From Nitrospirota bacterium (GTDB lineage: Bacteria > Nitrospirota > Thermodesulfovibrionia > Thermodesulfovibrionales > Dissulfurispiraceae), in assembly GCA_963790025.1 (NCBI GenBank), contig CAWBMP010000005.1, positions 416,001 to 480,000 on the forward strand: a stretch of 64,000 nt of DNA, in the 5' to 3' direction. This document shows positions 48,192-58,840 of this stretch, in pieces (position 1 is the stretch's first letter; every line of letters begins with the position of its first letter). The notes under the pieces are model-generated. The model was not told where the DNA came from. It saw only the letters and a program-made list of their open reading frames with translations, and searched no databases. Made by a program: the position numbers and the translations under genes.

Positions 48192-51100
48192 GGAAATGGG
48201 TTGTTTTTGTAAGTGAACACAGCCTGCTTTTCCTGCTTGTAATAGCATCGGCGTTTGTTCTTTCCCTTTTTTTTGTGAAGAACCTTAATGTGGAGGCGTT
48301 TCCGGATCCCGCCCCACCCATTGTCGAAATCGTCACTATTTATGAAGGCAGGTCGGCGGAAGAAGTCGAAAGGCAGATAACCATCCAGCTCGAGGTCGCA
48401 CTTGCAGGGATGGAGGGTCTCGAAAAGATCAACACCATATCACTCTATGGACTTTCGGATATCAAATGCAAATTCTCTTACGGGACAGATTTCAGGAAAG
48501 CGAAACAGGAGGCCCTAAACAGGCTCGCGACCGTGACACTGCCGGATAATATATCTCCATCGATTATACCCAATCCTTTTGGAGAGATTATGAGATACAG
48601 GGTAACAGGCTCAAATAATCTTATGGAGCTCAGGACAATCCAGGACTGGACGATTGCAAGATTTTTGAAGACGGCTGAGGGAGTCGAAGACGTTTCGAGT
48701 TACGGCGGTTATATAAAGACCTATACTGTTACGGTAGCTCCCGAAAGTCTCATTAAATACGGTCTGACACTTTCCCAGGTCACAGATTCCTTATCGAAGT
48801 CCAACCTGAATGTCGGCGGCAGGGTCGTCGAAATGGGCGACCAGTATTATATGGTAAGGGGGTTGGGACTGATTAATAGTCTGAGTGACATAGAGAATGC
48901 GCTTGTTGTATCCAAGAATGGAAAGCCTGTCCTTATAAAAAATGTAGCACAGGTTGAAATCGGCAGCGTGCCGAGAACGGGTATAACAGGATTGAATAAT
49001 AATGATGAAATTGTTTGGGGAAATGTTATCCTGCGAAAAGATGCCAAGAGCATACCTTCCATAAAAGCGGTGCATGAAAGAATAAAGGAACTGAACGGGC
49101 GTATCCTGCCCAAGGGGATTAAAGTGGTACCCTTTTATGAAAGGTGGGACCTTATAATAACTGTTGTGACGAAGGTCGCAGAGACAGCTTCTGTAGGAAT
49201 CACGCTGGTAGCCGTCGCGCTGTTTATATTCCTCGGGAACATAAGGGTGGCAATTATAACTGCCATTATAATACCGGTTTCTCTTATTATAACCCTTGCA
49301 GTTATGGCCCTCAGGGGAGAATCAGCCAACCTGCTGTCCATCAGCGCTATAGATTTCGGCATCATTGCGGACATCCCGCTCATTTTGATAGAAGATTATT
49401 TCAGACTTACAAAGAAACGGGGTCCCGGTTTCAGTCCCATGATAAAGGCCTCCGAGGAGGTAGGGAGACCTATACTTTTTTCGGTGATAGTTATCCTTCT
49501 TGCCTTTATCCCTATCTTCATGATGAAGGGGGCCGAAGCCCAGATATTTAACCCTATGGCAAAGACCTATCTTTATGCTATATCCTTCACTTTGGTGCTC
49601 ACGTTTTCCTATCTCATTGCGGCAAGAAGACGTTTTCTCAGGCACGCGGAAGACAGGGAATTCAGGTTCATTTCAGTCCTGAGAGACAAGTATGTGGAAC
49701 TGATTAAATTGTTGCTCAGGAATTCTAAAAGCGTCCTTTTGATCATTTCCATTGTGGTGATGATCGGATTGGTACTGGGTATGAAGACTGTGGGCAGCCA
49801 GTTTCTACCGAAGATGGACGAGGGGAATGTGTATGCCAGGATAACCTTTCCCTATTCAATATCTCTGAACAAGACATACGAAAACGCCAAAAAGGCGAGG
49901 GACCTCTTTCTGAAACTTCCCGAGGTCCAGAGTGTCGAGTTTCAGGTTGGAAGGCCTGAGGACGGAACAGACCCTACCGGACCCTTCAATTCCGAATACT
50001 ATATCGGACTGAAACCATACGGCTCATGGAAAAGCGGCCTGACCAAGGAGAAGTTCGAAGACCGGACGAGAGAAAAGTTGAAAAAGCTTTTTCCGAATGC
50101 CGATATCAACATGTCGCAATATATAGAGGACAATCTTGAGGAAGTAATGTCCGGGGTGAAGGGCGAAAACTCTGTAAAGATATTTGGCGATGACCTTGCG
50201 GAGCTCGACAATATTGCAAAAGGCGTTGCCGAGGGGCTGGAAAAAACCGCAGGCTCAGAGGATATCGGAATATTACGGGAACTTGGACAGCCCAATCTTT
50301 TGATACAGGTCAGCAGGGAAAATGCGTCTGCCCTCGGGTTGACGGTGCAGGACATACTCGATACCGTTTCTGCCGCACTTGGCGGGAAAGAAGTCAGCAG
50401 GATAATAGAAGGAGACAGGAATTTTTCACTCATGGTAAGCCTCCCGTCTTTTTACAAGAAAGAGCCTGACAAGATAAACAGCCTGCCCATTGTATTGCCT
50501 AACGGAGGCCTTGTCGCGCTCTCAAGGATCGCAAATATACGCTATGATACCGGGGCATCATTTATTTACCGGGAAGATTTCAGGAGATACATACCGGTAA
50601 AGTTCTCTGTTACATCCAAAGACCTCGGAGGGACCGTTGAGCGCGCACAGAGGGCAGTTGCTCATATAAAACTGCCTGAAGGTTATTACATGGAATGGAG
50701 CGGGATGTTCAACGAAATGAAGGAGTCATTCAAGAGGTTCTATGTCTCGATCCCCATCGCCCTCTTCCTTATTCTTGCAGTCCTCTACCTGCTTTACAGG
50801 TCTGTGCGGAATGTGCTCATTATCATGGTTGCTCCGCTTTTTGCAGTATTGGCCGGTCTGATGAGCCTGCTTGTAACAGGTGAATCCATGAGTGTCTCAT
50901 CTATCGTCGGCTTCATATCGATTATTGGCGTTTCGGTGCTTAATGCGTCCATACTCATAGGCCATTTCATCAAGCTTGTTCTTAATGGTATGGAAAAAGA
51001 AGAAGCCATACTTCAAGCTGTCTCCGACAAATTCAGGCCGATACTTATGGCCGGTTTTGTCGCTTCACTCGGTCTCCTGCCTGCCTCGCTCTCCCACGGG

Positions 51101-51226
51101 GTCGGAAGTCAGGTTCAGAAACCATTGGCTATCGTAGTGGTAGGCGGAATGTTTATAGGTACCGCGATGATCCTTTCGATCCTGCCGCTGCTGCTGCGGT
51201 TCGTGCAGACCGAGGAATACCGGTAA
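48188..51226 (+). CDS. CzcA/CusA-family RND transporter, system 2
   Basis: VEAFPD, AEEVERQIT, AIDFGIIAD, RPILM, GSQVQKPLA. Confidence 0.93.
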   Translation: MRKWVVFVSEHSLLFLLVIASAFVLSLFFVKNLNVEAFPDPAPPIVEIVTIYEGRSAEEVERQITIQLEVALAGMEGLEKINTISLYGLSDIKCKFSYGTDFRKAKQEALNRLATVTLPDNISPSIIPNPFGEIMRYRVTGSNNLMELRTIQDWTIARFLKTAEGVEDVSSYGGYIKTYTVTVAPESLIKYGLTLSQVTDSLSKSNLNVGGRVVEMGDQYYMVRGLGLINSLSDIENALVVSKNGKPVLIKNVAQVEIGSVPRTGITGLNNNDEIVWGNVILRKDAKSIPSIKAVHERIKELNGRILPKGIKVVPFYERWDLIITVVTKVAETASVGITLVAVALFIFLGNIRVAIITAIIIPVSLIITLAVMALRGESANLLSISAIDFGIIADIPLILIEDYFRLTKKRGPGFSPMIKASEEVGRPILFSVIVILLAFIPIFMMKGAEAQIFNPMAKTYLYAISFTLVLTFSYLIAARRRFLRHAEDREFRFISVLRDKYVELIKLLLRNSKSVLLIISIVVMIGLVLGMKTVGSQFLPKMDEGNVYARITFPYSISLNKTYENAKKARDLFLKLPEVQSVEFQVGRPEDGTDPTGPFNSEYYIGLKPYGSWKSGLTKEKFEDRTREKLKKLFPNADINMSQYIEDNLEEVMSGVKGENSVKIFGDDLAELDNIAKGVAEGLEKTAGSEDIGILRELGQPNLLIQVSRENASALGLTVQDILDTVSAALGGKEVSRIIEGDRNFSLMVSLPSFYKKEPDKINSLPIVLPNGGLVALSRIANIRYDTGASFIYREDFRRYIPVKFSVTSKDLGGTVERAQRAVAHIKLPEGYYMEWSGMFNEMKESFKRFYVSIPIALFLILAVLYLLYRSVRNVLIIMVAPLFAVLAGLMSLLVTGESMSVSSIVGFISIIGVSVLNASILIGHFIKLVLNGMEKEEAILQAVSDKFRPILMAGFVASLGLLPASLSHGVGSQVQKPLAIVVVGGMFIGTAMILSILPLLLRFVQTEEYR

Positions 51227-51256
51227 TTGACTTGTCTTAATTCTGCTGAGTATAAT
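51227..51256 (+). promoter_or_regulatory. sigma70 promoter for near-leaderless lysS
   Basis: TTGACT-18 nt-TATAAT; ATG 9 nt downstream; no SD. Confidence 0.65.
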
Positions 51257-51265
51257 CAACATCTT

Positions 51266-52744
51266 ATGGAAGAAATAAACGATCTCATAGAACAGCGTAT
51301 TAAAAAACTAAATGAATTGCGGTCCGGCGGAGTCGACCCGTATGACGGAAAATTCAATCCTGAAAGCCATGCGGAGGACTTGAAAGCGGCTTACCGTGAC
51401 ACGACTAAAGAGTATCTTGAAACAGAGGCCGTCTACGCTTCTATTGCCGGCAGGCTCGTGGCGATGCGGGATTTTGGAAAGGCCTCGTTCGCCCACGTCC
51501 AGGATGCCACAGGAAAGATCCAGATATATCTGAAGAAAGACGTGCTTAAAGAACAATATGCGCTTGTGAAAAAACTCGACATCGGCGATATAATCGGCAT
51601 TTCCGGAAGGCTATTCAGGACAAGGACGGACGAACTGACAATCCAGGTGGAGATAATTGTTCTGCTGAGCAAGTCGCTCCGTCCCCTCCCGGAGAAATGG
51701 CACGGGCTGAAGGACGTGGAGATGCGCTACCGTCAGCGCTATGTCGATCTCATTGTCAATCCTGAAGTAAAAGATGTCTTTGCGAGGCGTGGTGCTATAA
51801 TCAAGGCTGCCAGGGACTTCCTCGAAGCAAAAGGTTTTATTGAAGTCGAAACTCCGATGATGCACCAGATACCCGGCGGCGCAACTGCAAGGCCGTTTAG
51901 CACGCACCATAACGCTCTCGATATCGATCTCTATCTGAGGGTCGCTCCCGAACTTTATCTTAAGAGGCTGCTCGTGGGCGGTTATGAAAGGGTTTTTGAG
52001 CTGAACAAAAATTTCAGGAACGAAGGCATATCCACTAAACATAATCCGGAATTTACGATGCTGGAATTCTATATTGCTTATAAGGATTACACTTTTTTGA
52101 TGTCCTTTACAGAGGAGTTTTTCTCTTATGTGGCAAATAAGGCACTCGGCACTTTAAAAATCCCATACGGAGATGCCATTATCGATTTGACGCCGCCATG
52201 GCCGAGGATACCGATGCTCGAGGCCCTCAGACAAAAGGGTGTGCCGGACGACGTTGTTACGGACCAGGATAAGGCCAGAGATTGGGCGAGGGTAAAGAAG
52301 CTCGATGTCCCGGACGGCGCATCTTACGGTAACGTGCTTGATGAGATTTTCAAAGAGTTGGTGGAGCCTGAATTGATACAGCCTACCTTTATCACGGATT
52401 ACCCTGTTGAACTCTCCCCTCTTGCCAAGCGGAAGGCTGATGACCCCGGACTGGTGGAACGGTTTGAGCTTTTTATCGCAGCCAGGGAGATTGCAAACGC
52501 CTTCTCCGAGTTGAATGATCCCATTGACCAGAAAATGAGATTTTTAAAACAGGTTGAGGCCAAACAAAAAGGTGACGAAGAGGCCCACTGGATGGACGAA
52601 GACTACGTGCGGGCCCTGGAATACGGCATGCCCCCGGCAGCCGGGGAGGGTATAGGCATAGACAGGCTTGTCATGCTTCTCACCGGTTCCCAATCCATAA
52701 GAGACGTTATACTCTTCCCGCAGTTGAAGCCGGAACAACAATAA
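51266..52744 (+). CDS. lysS: Lysyl-tRNA synthetase (class II)
   Basis: PLPEKWHGL, RYRQRYVDL, FRNEG..HNPEFTM, YGMPP, GIDRL. Confidence 0.98.
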   Translation: MEEINDLIEQRIKKLNELRSGGVDPYDGKFNPESHAEDLKAAYRDTTKEYLETEAVYASIAGRLVAMRDFGKASFAHVQDATGKIQIYLKKDVLKEQYALVKKLDIGDIIGISGRLFRTRTDELTIQVEIIVLLSKSLRPLPEKWHGLKDVEMRYRQRYVDLIVNPEVKDVFARRGAIIKAARDFLEAKGFIEVETPMMHQIPGGATARPFSTHHNALDIDLYLRVAPELYLKRLLVGGYERVFELNKNFRNEGISTKHNPEFTMLEFYIAYKDYTFLMSFTEEFFSYVANKALGTLKIPYGDAIIDLTPPWPRIPMLEALRQKGVPDDVVTDQDKARDWARVKKLDVPDGASYGNVLDEIFKELVEPELIQPTFITDYPVELSPLAKRKADDPGLVERFELFIAAREIANAFSELNDPIDQKMRFLKQVEAKQKGDEEAHWMDEDYVRALEYGMPPAAGEGIGIDRLVMLLTGSQSIRDVILFPQLKPEQQ

Positions 52745-52748
52745 CATA

Positions 52749-53978
52749 ATGGACCTTCCTTATCCGTTTTTTATCGCCTTACGGTACCTGAAGTCGAAGG
52801 GACAGCACAAGGGTGTTTCGTTCAATACCGTCATCTCCATAAGCGGGGTTGCTGTTGGAGTAATGGCGCTGCTTGTCGTGCTGTCGGTAATGAGCGGCTT
52901 CCAGGAGGACCTCCAGAGAAAAATTCTGGGCGCCAATGCGCATGCGATCGTCCAGAGTTACCGCGGCGCAATAGACGATTACTCACAGCTGATCACAAGG
53001 CTCAGCGGCCAACCGCATGTAGTTTCTGTTTCACCTTTTGTTATCGGCCAGGTGATGGTGACAAACGGCCATAAGGCCCACGGGGTTTTTTTGAGGGGAA
53101 TAGATCCTGTATCGGAATACGCTACGACCGACCTTTTGAAACATATTGTCTCCGGCACCAGCGCAGACCTTACGAATAAAAATGGTGTGCCCTGGATAAT
53201 TATCGGCAACGAGCTGGCATCGATGCTCGGGGTGATGGCAGGCGATAATATCTCCATTGTTTCACCGGTCGGTGAAATGGGACCTCTCGGAATGCTGCCT
53301 AAAGTGAGGCAGTTCAGGGTTGCCGCTATTTTTCAGATGGGTATGTTTGAGTATGATTCCAGCCTCGTCCTGACCGGTATGGATGCTGCCCGGAATTTCT
53401 TTGGGCTCGGAAATTCCGTTTCCGGTATCGAACTGCGTCTTGATGATATTTATAAGGCCCCGGAGGTGCGCGAATCTGTGACATCAATGCTCGGTTTTCC
53501 CTATTATGTACGGGACTGGATGCAGATGAACCGGAACCTTTTTTCAGCCTTGAAGCTCGAGAAATTTGCGATGTTTGTAATACTGATCCTCATAGTGCTG
53601 GTAGCGTCGTTTAATATCGTCAGCACTCTCATGATGAGCGTCATGGAAAAACAGAAAGAGATCGCAATATTAAAGACCATGGGTGCAACTCATCAAGGCG
53701 TTATGGCGATATTCATGCTTCAGGGCCTGCTCATCGGTCTTGTCGGCACAGCCATAGGCGTATCCGGCGGCTTTATTCTGGGCAAAGTGCTTAACAACTT
53801 CGAGTTGATAAAGCTGCCGGCTGACGTGTACTATTTGAGCAAGCTGCCGGTAAAAATGAAGCTTATCGATTTTCTTGTTGTTTCCATTTCAGCCGTTGTG
53901 ATCAGCTTCCTCTCTACGCTTTACCCGTCATATTATGCCGCAAAATTGAACCCTGCTGAACCGCTGAGGTATGAATGA
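52749..53978 (+). CDS. lolE: Lipoprotein-releasing ABC permease (LolC/E)
   Basis: VLSVMSGF, LKLEK, VASFNIVSTL, EIAILKTMGA, PAEPLRYE. Confidence 0.92.
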   Translation: MDLPYPFFIALRYLKSKGQHKGVSFNTVISISGVAVGVMALLVVLSVMSGFQEDLQRKILGANAHAIVQSYRGAIDDYSQLITRLSGQPHVVSVSPFVIGQVMVTNGHKAHGVFLRGIDPVSEYATTDLLKHIVSGTSADLTNKNGVPWIIIGNELASMLGVMAGDNISIVSPVGEMGPLGMLPKVRQFRVAAIFQMGMFEYDSSLVLTGMDAARNFFGLGNSVSGIELRLDDIYKAPEVRESVTSMLGFPYYVRDWMQMNRNLFSALKLEKFAMFVILILIVLVASFNIVSTLMMSVMEKQKEIAILKTMGATHQGVMAIFMLQGLLIGLVGTAIGVSGGFILGKVLNNFELIKLPADVYYLSKLPVKMKLIDFLVVSISAVVISFLSTLYPSYYAAKLNPAEPLRYE

Positions 53979-54346
53979 TGTTCAGGTTTATTAGAACAAT
54001 TCTTCGTTTGTTTGTGGCAGCGCTGATTATCTTTTTTGCCTTCTCCATGTGGAAGGGCGGCGGGGAATTCAGGTGGTTCGGGGAGAAACTGGGTGAGAAG
54101 GCCGACGAGATCAAGTTAAAAAAAGATGAAGCCGTTGAAAAGATAAAAAAATTGACAGGCATGGGAGTCCCCGAAAAGTCACAGACTTTTAATAAACATC
54201 ATGTCAAAACGGATGAAACTTCGAAGAAAAAGACAAAAGAGACCGACCCTGAAGTTGTCGGGGGAGGCAGTGATGAAAATAAGCCGTCAGAAAGTTTATG
54301 GGACACTATATGGAAAAAGATGAAAGCGCTGATGCAAAAGGCTTAA
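53975..54346 (+). CDS. Hypothetical membrane-anchored protein inserted between lolE and lolD
   Basis: ATGA overlap; N-terminal TM; Lys/Glu-rich. Confidence 0.7.
   Translation: MMFRFIRTILRLFVAALIIFFAFSMWKGGGEFRWFGEKLGEKADEIKLKKDEAVEKIKKLTGMGVPEKSQTFNKHHVKTDETSKKKTKETDPEVVGGGSDENKPSESLWDTIWKKMKALMQKA
54163..54190 (-). repeat. In-frame palindromic element, copy 2 (reverse orientation)
   Basis: Reverse complement AAAAGTCTGTGACTTTTCGGGGACTCCC. Confidence 0.65.
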
Positions 54347-54457
54347 CCACAGAGTTCACAGAGGAAAGAATCAGAGCAGCGAGAGGAATAAATATCATTA
54401 AAAAGAATAAGCTTCTCTGTGAACTCTTTTTTCTGAAACTCAGTGTTCTCTGTGGTT
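54345..54457. repeat. MITE-like nonamer palindrome AACCACAGAG...CTCTGTGGTT
   Basis: Perfect 10 bp terminal inverted repeats with internal CACAGAG/CTCTGTG units. Confidence 0.8.
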
Positions 54458-54496
54458 CATATTTTTTTGCAAAAGACACAAAGGAGTAGCTGCCGG

Positions 54497-55243
54497 ATGC
54501 TGGAACTGATAAAGGTTGCCGGACTCAAAAAGTCTTTTTTTACTCCTGCTGGAGAATTAAGGGTATTGCAGGGCCTGGACACTGTTTTCAGCGAGGGAGA
54601 GATAGTCAGTATAATTGGTGTTTCGGGAGCGGGGAAAAGCACTTTTCTGCACATCCTGGGGACGCTCGACCGGCCCACGGAAGGCTCAGTCACTTATACG
54701 ATTGATGGAGGCGCTATTGACCCATTCATGCTTGGCGACGGCGAGTTAGCCTCGTTCCGGAACAGCGTAATCGGGTTTGTGTTCCAGTTCCACTATCTCC
54801 TGCCTGAGTTCAGCGCACTTGAGAATGTGATGATGCCGGGCCTTCTCATCCAACGAGGAAGGAAACGACCTTTTGACAGGTCCGGTGACCGGTCCGGCGA
54901 GCGGACGGCATATGAGACGGGGGCAGTAAAGGACCGGGCCGAGCGGCTGCTGAATGATCTCGGTGTTTTTGCACGGCGGTATCACAAACCTGGAGAGCTG
55001 TCCGGCGGCGAGCAGCAGCGCGTGGCTGTTGCAAGGGCGCTCCTGCTGGAACCGAGAGTTGTGCTTGCCGATGAGCCGACCGGCAACCTCGACAGCGCTA
55101 CGGGGGAGGAGCTTTTCAAGCTTTTAATGGAGATGAACACAAAAAGCGGCGTTACTTTCGTTGTGGTGACACATAACGAGCCCCTGTCTAAAAAGTGCCA
55201 CAGGACGATCGAGATGTTTGACGGCAGGATGGTCCATCATTAG
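54497..55243 (+). CDS. lolD: Lipoprotein-releasing ABC ATP-binding protein
   Basis: GVSGAGKST, GFVFQFHYLL, LSGGEQQR, ADEPTGNLD; ~18 aa insertion. Confidence 0.93.
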   Translation: MLELIKVAGLKKSFFTPAGELRVLQGLDTVFSEGEIVSIIGVSGAGKSTFLHILGTLDRPTEGSVTYTIDGGAIDPFMLGDGELASFRNSVIGFVFQFHYLLPEFSALENVMMPGLLIQRGRKRPFDRSGDRSGERTAYETGAVKDRAERLLNDLGVFARRYHKPGELSGGEQQRVAVARALLLEPRVVLADEPTGNLDSATGEELFKLLMEMNTKSGVTFVVVTHNEPLSKKCHRTIEMFDGRMVHH

Positions 55244-55593
55244 TACAAAAAAGATTTCCAGACGGAACTGACTCGGCGCCAAGTACTCCCTCAGGTTGAC
55301 AGGCAAGGCACATCATCAGAGATTTTGAATAACCTCTGAATGACCGATAGTTTCAAAGTTATGTTATGAGTTCACTTATGTTGTGAAGTCAGATGATCCG
55401 CCTAATTTAAATGTTTTTTCTTGATTTGACACCACATAAATAATTCTTTTACATGACTGGCTGTTCCTAGTGTAGTGCGTCATAAATCAACTGGTTGACA
55501 TTAGCCAAAAATAAGGTACAGTTAAATTAGCAAGTGGTCCGGCAGGTTCCAGGAAATATATTAAGTTCGAATTGATTTCGTACAGGAGGTTTT

Positions 55594-55938
55594 ATGAGGA
55601 ATGATAATGTTGTCAAGGTCGGGGCAGTTTTTTTGATGGGGGGTGCAATCGGCGCGGCCATTGCACTGCTTTATGCACCTCAGTCGGGCCCGGAGACGAG
55701 AAAGGACATCAAGCGGACGGCAAGGCGGGTGAAGAACGAGGCCGTCGACCTCGTCGAGGAAACCATAGACAGCGTCGATGATTTCGTGGATGAAACGAAA
55801 GACAGGGTTACAGAACTCATTGACAGGAGCATCGAGCTTTCGGGAGCTGCAAAAAAGGAGATCATCAAGACTCTGGAGCATGGACAGAAGGCCATCGAGA
55901 AACAGAAGAACAGGGTTATTGAGGCCATTGGTCTGTAA
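55594..55938 (+). CDS. YtxH domain protein
   Basis: GGAIGAAIALLYAPQSGPETR; SD AGGAGG. Confidence 0.88.
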   Translation: MRNDNVVKVGAVFLMGGAIGAAIALLYAPQSGPETRKDIKRTARRVKNEAVDLVEETIDSVDDFVDETKDRVTELIDRSIELSGAAKKEIIKTLEHGQKAIEKQKNRVIEAIGL

Positions 55939-56012
55939 ACCGTGCCCTATGATCCGATAATATCAAACTCCTTTTCTTAACTCGAATTCAACAAGCCTCG
56001 GGATCATCTCAG

Positions 56013-56053
56013 GTTCAGCAACAGCGGCGCTACTGAAACCGCTGTTGCTGAAC
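56013..56053. repeat. Perfect 15 bp stem-loop
   Basis: GTTCAGCAACAGCGG-11 nt-CCGCTGTTGCTGAAC. Confidence 0.8.
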
Positions 56054-56315
56054 TCGAAAAGCAATAGCCCGATGAGTATTCTGAGAAATGATGACAGGGT
56101 GACGGACATTTCCGAAGAATATATCTTACTAACTTCTTGCATAAGATCATTGTTGTGGTTATTTTATATTGATTTATTTAAGTTGCGTTTTGTAACCAAG
56201 CTGCTATATTATTCAACATTATTCTTGATAAAATGGTATTGAACAGCAGATAATAAGCCTTAATTTGGTGGAGGCTACTTTTTTTAAAGAATAATAATGA
56301 TTTGGAGGAAGTTTA

Positions 56316-58283
56316 ATGTTTAAGAATTTCAAAATCGGGTTCCGGCTTGGATTGGGTTTTGGCGTAGTGTTATTTTTCACCACAGCCATCCTGCTGCTGG
56401 GATTATACAAAATGGCAGAGATGAATGATAAATTGAATCGTATAGTCAATGTTAACAACGTCAAAATGGAGAATGCCAATGCAGCCGCAATGGCTGTTCT
56501 TAACATTTCAAACAACTTAAGGATAACTGATGATGAAGCGGCCAAATTCGAACAGAAAAATAAAATCGAGGCCGCAAGAAAAATTTACGGAGACGCAATA
56601 GCCAAACTCAAAGAACTGGAAAAATTCGAAGAAGGCATTCAGGCAATAAAGAGAGTAGAGGAAGCAATTGTTCCTGCTAAAGAAGCTAACAAAAAATTCA
56701 TGGATTTATATGTTGCAAATAAATATGCTGAAGCCGGTGCAACCCTTGTAAAGGAATCAATCCCTCTTGCGGAAAAAGTTTCAGAAGAGTTGAATAAATT
56801 AATCAGATTTGAGGATCAGCGAAATAAAATAAGATATGAAGAAGCAAAGCAGGCTTATAACAGTCAAAAATCACTAATGATAATCTTCGGCATAGCCGCA
56901 ATAGTAATGGCGGTAATTATCGCTTTATTTACAACAAGTATGATTACAGTTCCTCTTCGGGATTTAATAAACAAGATAGAGGAACTGGCCAAGGGAAATC
57001 TCAGGGTGTCCGTTGATACTGACAGAAAAGATGAAATAGGCGAACTTTCCAGCAGCTTGAGCAGAATGATTCAGTCCTTTAATAAGATGATCAATAATAT
57101 CCTCACCTCAGCCAATAACGTGGTGTCAACAGTCGATCTTCTTAGGGCCAAGGCAGACAGGTCGGCAGAAGGAGCCCGGCAGCAATCCGGCCAGGCAGCC
57201 CAGATCGCAACAGCAGCAGAGGAGATGAGCCAGACTATCACAGATATCGCCAAGAATGCTTCTATAGCTTCTGAGACCTCTGCCGAGGCCATGCAAGTGG
57301 CGAGAGGCGGACAGGAAGTGGCTAACAATGCGGTAGAAACCGTGAATAGGGTCTACACCTCGACAGTAGAGCTTGCCAGCATGGTTGAAAAGCTTAACAG
57401 CAGATCTTCTGAGATTGGAGACATTATAACGGTCATCAAAGATATAGCTGACCAGACAAATCTCCTTGCCTTAAACGCTGCAATAGAAGCAGCCAGAGCA
57501 GGGGAACAGGGGAGAGGATTCGCAGTTGTTGCCGATGAAGTGAGGAAACTGGCGGAGAGAACAATCAAAGCCACAACTGAAATATCCGACAAGATCGGGG
57601 CGGTGCAGGAAGAATCTACCCATACACAGGAATCCATGTCCGAAGCATCAGATGAGGTAACGAAGGCTACGGAATACATACGGAACGTGGGGACCTCATT
57701 GGAGTCTATTGTGGAAGCGGTGCATAAGGTTAGAGACCAGATTACTCAGATAGCAACAGCTGTGGACGAACAGTCGGCTGCATCGGAAGAAGTTGCAAGT
57801 AACATAGAGAAGACATCGGATATTGCAAAAGAGATGGAAGGCAACTCGGGTGAGGTGATGAATTCGGTAACCAAGCTGCTCACTATAGCTGAGGAATTGA
57901 GAGGAACGGCAGGGGTATTTGTAACCGAGGGCAGTCATCTGATCATGTGCGACACGGCAAGGCTTGACCACAGAATGTTTGTAGCCAAAATAAACTCTCA
58001 CCTGAAGGGAGCCATGACACTTGATGCATCAAAATTGCCGGACCACCATACGTGCAGGTTTGGGAAATGGTACGATACGCTCGGAAAAGAAATTTGCGGC
58101 GACCTGCCCAGTTACAAAGCGTTAAATGGACCACATGAGAGAATCCATGCCTTGGCAAAAGATGCCGTTTCCGCATACAGTTCTGGAGATAGGGAAAGAG
58201 CAGCTCGAATATACGAAGACATTGAGACTTTATCGGCACAGGTTACGGATCTTCTCGAAAATATAAAAAGGGAATCTTGCTGA
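56316..58283 (+). CDS. Methyl-accepting chemotaxis protein (4HB sensor, HAMP, signalling domain, C-terminal CZB)
   Basis: [40 protein letters not shown] motifs [17 protein letters not shown]. Confidence 0.95.
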   Translation: MFKNFKIGFRLGLGFGVVLFFTTAILLLGLYKMAEMNDKLNRIVNVNNVKMENANAAAMAVLNISNNLRITDDEAAKFEQKNKIEAARKIYGDAIAKLKELEKFEEGIQAIKRVEEAIVPAKEANKKFMDLYVANKYAEAGATLVKESIPLAEKVSEELNKLIRFEDQRNKIRYEEAKQAYNSQKSLMIIFGIAAIVMAVIIALFTTSMITVPLRDLINKIEELAKGNLRVSVDTDRKDEIGELSSSLSRMIQSFNKMINNILTSANNVVSTVDLLRAKADRSAEGARQQSGQAAQIATAAEEMSQTITDIAKNASIASETSAEAMQVARGGQEVANNAVETVNRVYTSTVELASMVEKLNSRSSEIGDIITVIKDIADQTNLLALNAAIEAARAGEQGRGFAVVADEVRKLAERTIKATTEISDKIGAVQEESTHTQESMSEASDEVTKATEYIRNVGTSLESIVEAVHKVRDQITQIATAVDEQSAASEEVASNIEKTSDIAKEMEGNSGEVMNSVTKLLTIAEELRGTAGVFVTEGSHLIMCDTARLDHRMFVAKINSHLKGAMTLDASKLPDHHTCRFGKWYDTLGKEICGDLPSYKALNGPHERIHALAKDAVSAYSSGDRERAARIYEDIETLSAQVTDLLENIKRESC

Positions 58284-58341
58284 TTAGATGGCAAGATGTC
58301 CCGATTTGTGAAAAAAAAGGGGATGTGATAAACTCTTCAGC

Positions 58342-58770
58342 ATGCCGGGTGAAGAAAGAAGAAATTCAAGACGAATAGCCGTCGGTTTTCCTGCAACGAT
58401 CAGATCAGGAAGCAGGTGTTATGAGGGATATTTAACCGATGTATCCGAGCACGGGATTGGCTACGTAATAACCTCACTGATTCAGTCTGCAGAGGTCTAT
58501 TTCCCAAAGCGTTTTGATGATGCAGAGCACTCAATCGGCTCTTTAAAATCGATAGCAGATGATTTCGCTTCGGGAAAAATTATTGAACTCAGTTTCACTA
58601 TTCCTTCCGGCGATAAAGTTGATTTAAAGTGCAGCCTGGCATGGTTCCTGGATGACGCATCAAAGAGTAATGCGACCATAGGTATGAGAATTACAGATAA
58701 TTCCCCGGCATTCTTACAATTGATGAAAGATCTGGACGAAGAGCAAAGCGGCTTCTCCCGAGGCAAGTAA
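58342..58770 (+). CDS. PilZ-domain protein
   Basis: ERRNSRR (RxxxR) and DVSEHG (DxSxxG). Confidence 0.8.
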   Translation: MPGEERRNSRRIAVGFPATIRSGSRCYEGYLTDVSEHGIGYVITSLIQSAEVYFPKRFDDAEHSIGSLKSIADDFASGKIIELSFTIPSGDKVDLKCSLAWFLDDASKSNATIGMRITDNSPAFLQLMKDLDEEQSGFSRGK

Positions 58771-58840
58771 GTACTCATCTATTGAATAGATAGTTATAGA
58801 TGGGTTATCATACTAAGCTATTATTTTTGGAGGAGTTGCC

